Below, in pieces: positions 60,270 to 64,000 of a DNA stretch of 64,000 nucleotides; positions within the stretch are counted from its first letter, which is position 1, and each line of letters opens with the position of its first letter. Below the pieces are notes generated by a model. It was given only the letters and a program-made list of their open reading frames with translations, was not told the DNA's origin and did not search any database. Origin of the DNA: Bacteroidota bacterium (GTDB lineage: Bacteria; Bacteroidota; Bacteroidia; 2-12-FULL-35-15); NCBI GenBank assembly GCA_947479085.1, contig CANJYB010000022.1, forward strand, positions 3,904 to 67,903, written 5' to 3'. The position numbers and the translations under genes were made by a program.

Positions 60270-60303
60270 AACTTTGTTCTCTTCTAAACCTTTTTAAATC
60301 AGG

Positions 60304-60311
60304 CAAAGTTA
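60304..60311 (-). promoter_or_regulatory. -7 element (TAACTTTG) for tamB
   Basis: Perfect TAnnTTTG on minus strand in the tamB/tsaD divergent gap. Confidence 0.55.
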
Positions 60312-60318
60312 GTAATTT

Positions 60319-61356
60319 ATGAGCAAATCTGTTATCTTACTTGGTATCGAATCGTCCTGTGACGACACAGCTGCTGCTATACTTAAAGATGGCAAACTGC
60401 TTGCCAACATTGTGGCCAACCAGGATATTCATAAACAATATGGCGGAGTGGTGCCCGAACTGGCTTCGCGCGCGCATCAGCAAAACATTATCCCGGTAGT
60501 ACACCAGGCCATTCTAAAGGCGGGAATTAATAAAGAAGACATTAATGCCATTGCATTTACGCGTGGTCCGGGATTAATGGGTTCCTTGCTGGTAGGTACA
60601 TCTTTTGCCAAAGCGTTTGCCATGGGGCTCAACATTCCGTTAATAGAAGTAAACCACATGCAGGCGCATATACTCGCGCATTTTATAACCTCTCCCGACC
60701 TCCCCAAAGGAGAGGAGAGACAACCGGAGTTCCCTTTTTTATGCTTAACCGTTTCGGGCGGACATACACAGATTGTATTGGTGAAAGACCATTTCGACAT
60801 GACGGTATTGGGTGAAACCATTGACGATGCTGCCGGTGAGGCTTTTGACAAAGCTGCTAAAATAATGAACCTTCCTTATCCCGGTGGTCCGCTGATAGAT
60901 AAATATGCAGCACTTGGAAATCCTTTAACATTCAAATTTACCAAGCCACAGCTTCCTGAATTAAATTTCAGTTTCAGCGGATTAAAAACAGGCTTTATGA
61001 ATTTCATCAATAAGGAGACAAGTAAAAACCCTAATTTTGTAACCGAAAACCTGAATGATATTTGTGCATCCATTCAGCATACCATTATCGAAATACTAAT
61101 GGATAAATTAAAAAAAGCTGCCTTGCAAACCGGTATACAACATATTGCCATAGCTGGCGGAGTATCTGCCAACAGCGGCTTACGAAAGGAATTACTTAAA
61201 AATGAAGAATTGCTGGGATGGAAAGTATTTATCCCCGCTTTTCAATATTGCACCGATAATGCAGCCATGATAGCCATGACCGGGTATTTAAAATTTTTAA
61301 AGAAAGATTTTACAACACAAGCTACCACGCCATCAGCCAGGTACTCCATAGCATGA
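60319..61356 (+). CDS. tsaD: tRNA N6-adenosine threonylcarbamoyltransferase
   Basis: LGIESSCDD, GGVVPELASRAH, HMQAH, VSGGHT, DDAAGEAFDK, TDNAAMI. Confidence 0.96.
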   Translation: MSKSVILLGIESSCDDTAAAILKDGKLLANIVANQDIHKQYGGVVPELASRAHQQNIIPVVHQAILKAGINKEDINAIAFTRGPGLMGSLLVGTSFAKAFAMGLNIPLIEVNHMQAHILAHFITSPDLPKGEERQPEFPFLCLTVSGGHTQIVLVKDHFDMTVLGETIDDAAGEAFDKAAKIMNLPYPGGPLIDKYAALGNPLTFKFTKPQLPELNFSFSGLKTGFMNFINKETSKNPNFVTENLNDICASIQHTIIEILMDKLKKAALQTGIQHIAIAGGVSANSGLRKELLKNEELLGWKVFIPAFQYCTDNAAMIAMTGYLKFLKKDFTTQATTPSARYSIA

Positions 61357-62075
61357 TTAAAAATCTTAAGTTAAATTATTTACTTTTTGTGTTCCTGTTT
61401 GCATTGGCAACTTCTGCTGTGGCCTTTTCTCCGGCTGATACCATACAACTCAAAAAGAAAAAAATACAGGAAGTAAAAGATAAAATTTTTGATTCTCCCA
61501 TCGTTTTCAAAACCAGCCCTACCGCATTTCTGGGTGGTGGTATTTTTCCGTTTACTGCCGAATACCGCCTGCTGATAGAGATTACAAGTGCCAGAACACA
61601 ATCGGACCAGATTGGTATTTCATTGCTTGGAAAAAGTGTGATTTATAAATTAGTAGAAATTAATCAAAACACCAGCACCATAGATGTAGGCAAAGTGAGC
61701 GGATGGAAATTTCAGTATGCGCATAAGTTTTACCTCCTTGGCCGAAGAGGCCACGCCCCTACCGGTTTCTTTTTCGGACCTCTTATTCAATACAGCAATG
61801 CAAGACTCTCCGAAGGGTTGGCACGACATTACTCTCATACCTATTTCGAATTTCATAATATTAATTTGAATCTGATGGCTGGTCTGCAAATAGCCAAAAG
61901 AGATAAAATAGCTTTCGAAATTTATTTTGGATTAGGTTATAAATCGAATACTCTTTATTATCATGCCAGCACTTACCGGTATGCCAAGATTGATGCCAGT
62001 AAATACATCGACTCGAAGACCTACCTATCTCATATTAATGCTATATTTGGTATTAACCTGGGGTATTCGTTTTAG
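61353..62075 (+). CDS. Putative outer-membrane beta-barrel protein (DUF3575-like)
   Basis: Signal peptide; amphipathic strands; C-terminal GINLGYSF. Confidence 0.6.
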   Translation: MIKNLKLNYLLFVFLFALATSAVAFSPADTIQLKKKKIQEVKDKIFDSPIVFKTSPTAFLGGGIFPFTAEYRLLIEITSARTQSDQIGISLLGKSVIYKLVEINQNTSTIDVGKVSGWKFQYAHKFYLLGRRGHAPTGFFFGPLIQYSNARLSEGLARHYSHTYFEFHNINLNLMAGLQIAKRDKIAFEIYFGLGYKSNTLYYHASTYRYAKIDASKYIDSKTYLSHINAIFGINLGYSF

Positions 62076-62090
62076 ATAATCTTATTTTTT

Positions 62091-62171
62091 TACCGCAGAG
62101 TTCGCTGAGATTTGCGCAGAGAGCCGCTGAGATTTAGTTCTTTTTTCTTCCTGCCTCTGCGCCTTTGCGGT
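62091..62171. repeat. REP-like inverted repeat (ACCGCAGAG...CTTTGCGGT)
   Basis: Arms directly visible; left arm recurs at ~62916-62936. Confidence 0.6.
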
Positions 62172-62182
62172 GGATCCTTTCC

Positions 62183-62893
62183 CTACTCCACCCAAAACCT
62201 TATGCATTCCGAAAAATCGCTTTGTACATTTTCCTTAATAATGGCTACCCGAAAATAATACGGCTTGTGCTTCAGGTGTTCGAAGGTAAACGCTGAACGT
62301 GTTGACATTTTCTGCTCCCATCTTTTTCCGTCAGCCGAAATCTGGAAAACATAAATCGCTCCTTTTTCAGCCTTGCGAATTACTGTTGCCGACAGCGGTT
62401 GTTTTCCCTTTCTTACAGCTATTAATGGTTTGATGTATTCTCTTTCTTTTCTGAATGCAAAACCAGATGCATCCAGTATTTCGTTTCTTTTCAGCAGGTT
62501 TTCAAATGCTTTTAAGCGAACAGTGGTGGCTGCATAGTCCAGGTAATGGTGCAGCCGGTAGCGAAGTTTGGTAAGGGTTACTACCTCTTCCGGTTCTTCG
62601 TCCAGATCTGTTCTGTGCAACTCGTCTTCCAGTTCCAGGGCAGTCTGTTCCAGTCTTTCAATCAGTTTCTCGCTCCCTTTATATAAATTGTTGCTGCGCA
62701 TGTTAAGAATTACATTCATGGCAAGTGTTATGCGTTCCGTATCGGATAGTTTTTTATAATTAATGGTTATGGTTCTCATAGTATTGGTTGTAGGTTTAGT
62801 AAATAGTTTAGTAAATAGTGTTTTTATAAATTGTAAAAATTGGTACACCAGGTTTTCTATTGAAGCTGGTTGTTTTAAAGTTATTGTGTTCAT
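62183..62893 (-). CDS. Uncharacterised helical + fibronectin type III protein (alternative start 62779)
   Basis: YVFQIS..W...TFEHL...YYFRVA...SDFS Fn3 pattern; paralogous to upstream gene. Confidence 0.65.
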   Translation of the reverse strand: MNTITLKQPASIENLVYQFLQFIKTLFTKLFTKPTTNTMRTITINYKKLSDTERITLAMNVILNMRSNNLYKGSEKLIERLEQTALELEDELHRTDLDEEPEEVVTLTKLRYRLHHYLDYAATTVRLKAFENLLKRNEILDASGFAFRKEREYIKPLIAVRKGKQPLSATVIRKAEKGAIYVFQISADGKRWEQKMSTRSAFTFEHLKHKPYYFRVAIIKENVQSDFSECIRFWVE

Positions 62894-62968
62894 TTTTTTA
62901 GATTTAAAATTTTTTACCGCAGAGGCGCAGAGACGCTTTTTCAACTCTGTCACCCTTCCGCTTGTCAA

Positions 62969-63022
62969 GACCTCACTTCCTTCACCCTTCCCCTTGTCAA
63001 GGGGAAGGGCCGGGGATGAGGT
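62969..63022. repeat. REP-like hairpin (CCTTCCCCTTGTCAAGGGGAAGG with GC-rich tail)
   Basis: Directly visible palindrome between the two Fn3 genes. Confidence 0.6.
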
Positions 63023-63046
63023 CCCGCAAAGGAATGAGGTTATTTT

Positions 63047-63679
63047 TTACAACACTATAATATTTATAGGGCTGCTCCAGGCACTTCTCCCATCTTTTGA
63101 AATAGAACACCAGCGCACCTGGTATTCTACTCCGCTGGTTAAGTCTGAAATAATACGGGTAGCGCTTGGCAATACTCCTGCCGATACGTATTCTTCATCT
63201 GCGCTGTTCGTCTTTTTGTACTCAAAATCGTAAGATGAAGCATTCTTAACCCGACCGGTATAGGTTTTCAACTGACCCGGAAGGGCTGTGTTTACAACAG
63301 TAAACTGACGTCTTGCACGGGGATTAATCCTTTTTACATCCATCCCGGAACTCAATGCTACTTCCTCTGCGGTTTCCGCATTGGTGTTTGCCACCGTTTG
63401 CACGTAAGCCCTCAATGTAGCCATACTTAGCATAAGGGTACGAAGCTTTACTTTCACCACTGCCTTGGCTGCACGGCTGCCGTTTTGCGCATCTGCCACT
63501 GCATCTACTAACTCATCCTTTTCTGTGGTAATAGTAGCAAGAGGAGGATTCGGAGTAGTGAAATTGGTATTGCCGGTCATTTTCAATAGTATGGATTCTA
63601 CCATACTAATTACTGTGGCAGCAGGTAATCCTGCTAGTTTTAAAACCACAGTTATTATTTTTATTATTGTTGTACTCAT
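63047..63679 (-). CDS. Uncharacterised helical + fibronectin type III protein
   Basis: KMTGNTNFTTPNPPL helical region; SYDFEY...ISDLTSGVEYQVR...SAWS Fn3 pattern; no signal peptide. Confidence 0.75.
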   Translation of the reverse strand: MSTTIIKIITVVLKLAGLPAATVISMVESILLKMTGNTNFTTPNPPLATITTEKDELVDAVADAQNGSRAAKAVVKVKLRTLMLSMATLRAYVQTVANTNAETAEEVALSSGMDVKRINPRARRQFTVVNTALPGQLKTYTGRVKNASSYDFEYKKTNSADEEYVSAGVLPSATRIISDLTSGVEYQVRWCSISKDGRSAWSSPINIIVL

Positions 63680-63769
63680 TTTTATTTTTAATCGGTTTAC
63701 CTCACACCGAAAGGTTTAATTTATATTTAGTTATTTGTTTTTAGTTATTAGTTGCTGAGTTTTTACGAA

Positions 63770-63850
63770 GTCCCGACTCATTCGGGATTAGTTATTCGGG
63801 ATTAGTTTTTTTTAACTCATCATTCATAACTCCTAACTCATAATTCTTAA
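63770..63850. repeat. REP-like hairpin plus heptamer repeats (AACTCAT)
   Basis: TCCCGA...TCGGGA hairpin, TTCGGGATTAG x2, AACTCAT/CATTCAT/AACTCCT series. Confidence 0.6.
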
Positions 63851-64000
63851 AGCTGTTATCCCTCCCAAAAGAGGAACTGCCGTTTGGCCAATGACTCGCG
63901 CCTAAAGACCAACGCCAACCTTCCCAAGCCCTGCCGGACCATATCTGCACGGGTTTTAAAAAGGTTGCGTTTATTGTGCAGACCAATAAAACAATACATT

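Overview
AT-rich chromosomal segment from a Bacteroidota genome, judged from TAnnTTTG -7 promoter boxes, three proteins with T9SS C-terminal sorting domains, and a THX ribosomal protein. Layout: (1) 1-1.5 kb holds small cassette-like genes separated by degenerate attC-like hairpins, with a strong + strand excess of GACA. (2) A TPR gene sits between clusters of REP-like palindromes and heptamer repeats. (3) A ~14 kb co-directional surface-glycan locus opens with a DUF4956 / VTC (polyphosphate-polymerase-like) / CotH kinase triad, then O-antigen ligase/polymerase-like, SGNH+MBOAT O-acylation, a second CotH-like kinase fused to a beta-helix, a membrane-anchored metallophosphoesterase, GT4 and AsnB. 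(4) Further glycan genes (GT2, carbamoyltransferase, GT4, acyltransferase-3), a LytS/LytTR pair and large T9SS substrates. (5) Housekeeping genes (fmt, HU, agmatinase, trmH, THX, tamB, tsaD). (6) A PadR regulator coupled to a membrane protein that appears to fuse two GldL-like TM hairpins to a GldM-N-like domain, next to a diverged partial duplication. (7) Intergenic tandem arrays with periods of 7, 21, 22 and 42 bp. Best candidates for an undescribed system: the VTC/DUF4956/CotH module inside the glycan locus (possible polyP-fuelled periplasmic glycan phosphorylation) and the PadR + GldL/GldM-like fusion. No rRNA, tRNA, CRISPR, integrase or transposase was recognised. All family calls come from motif recognition by eye; no database search was run.
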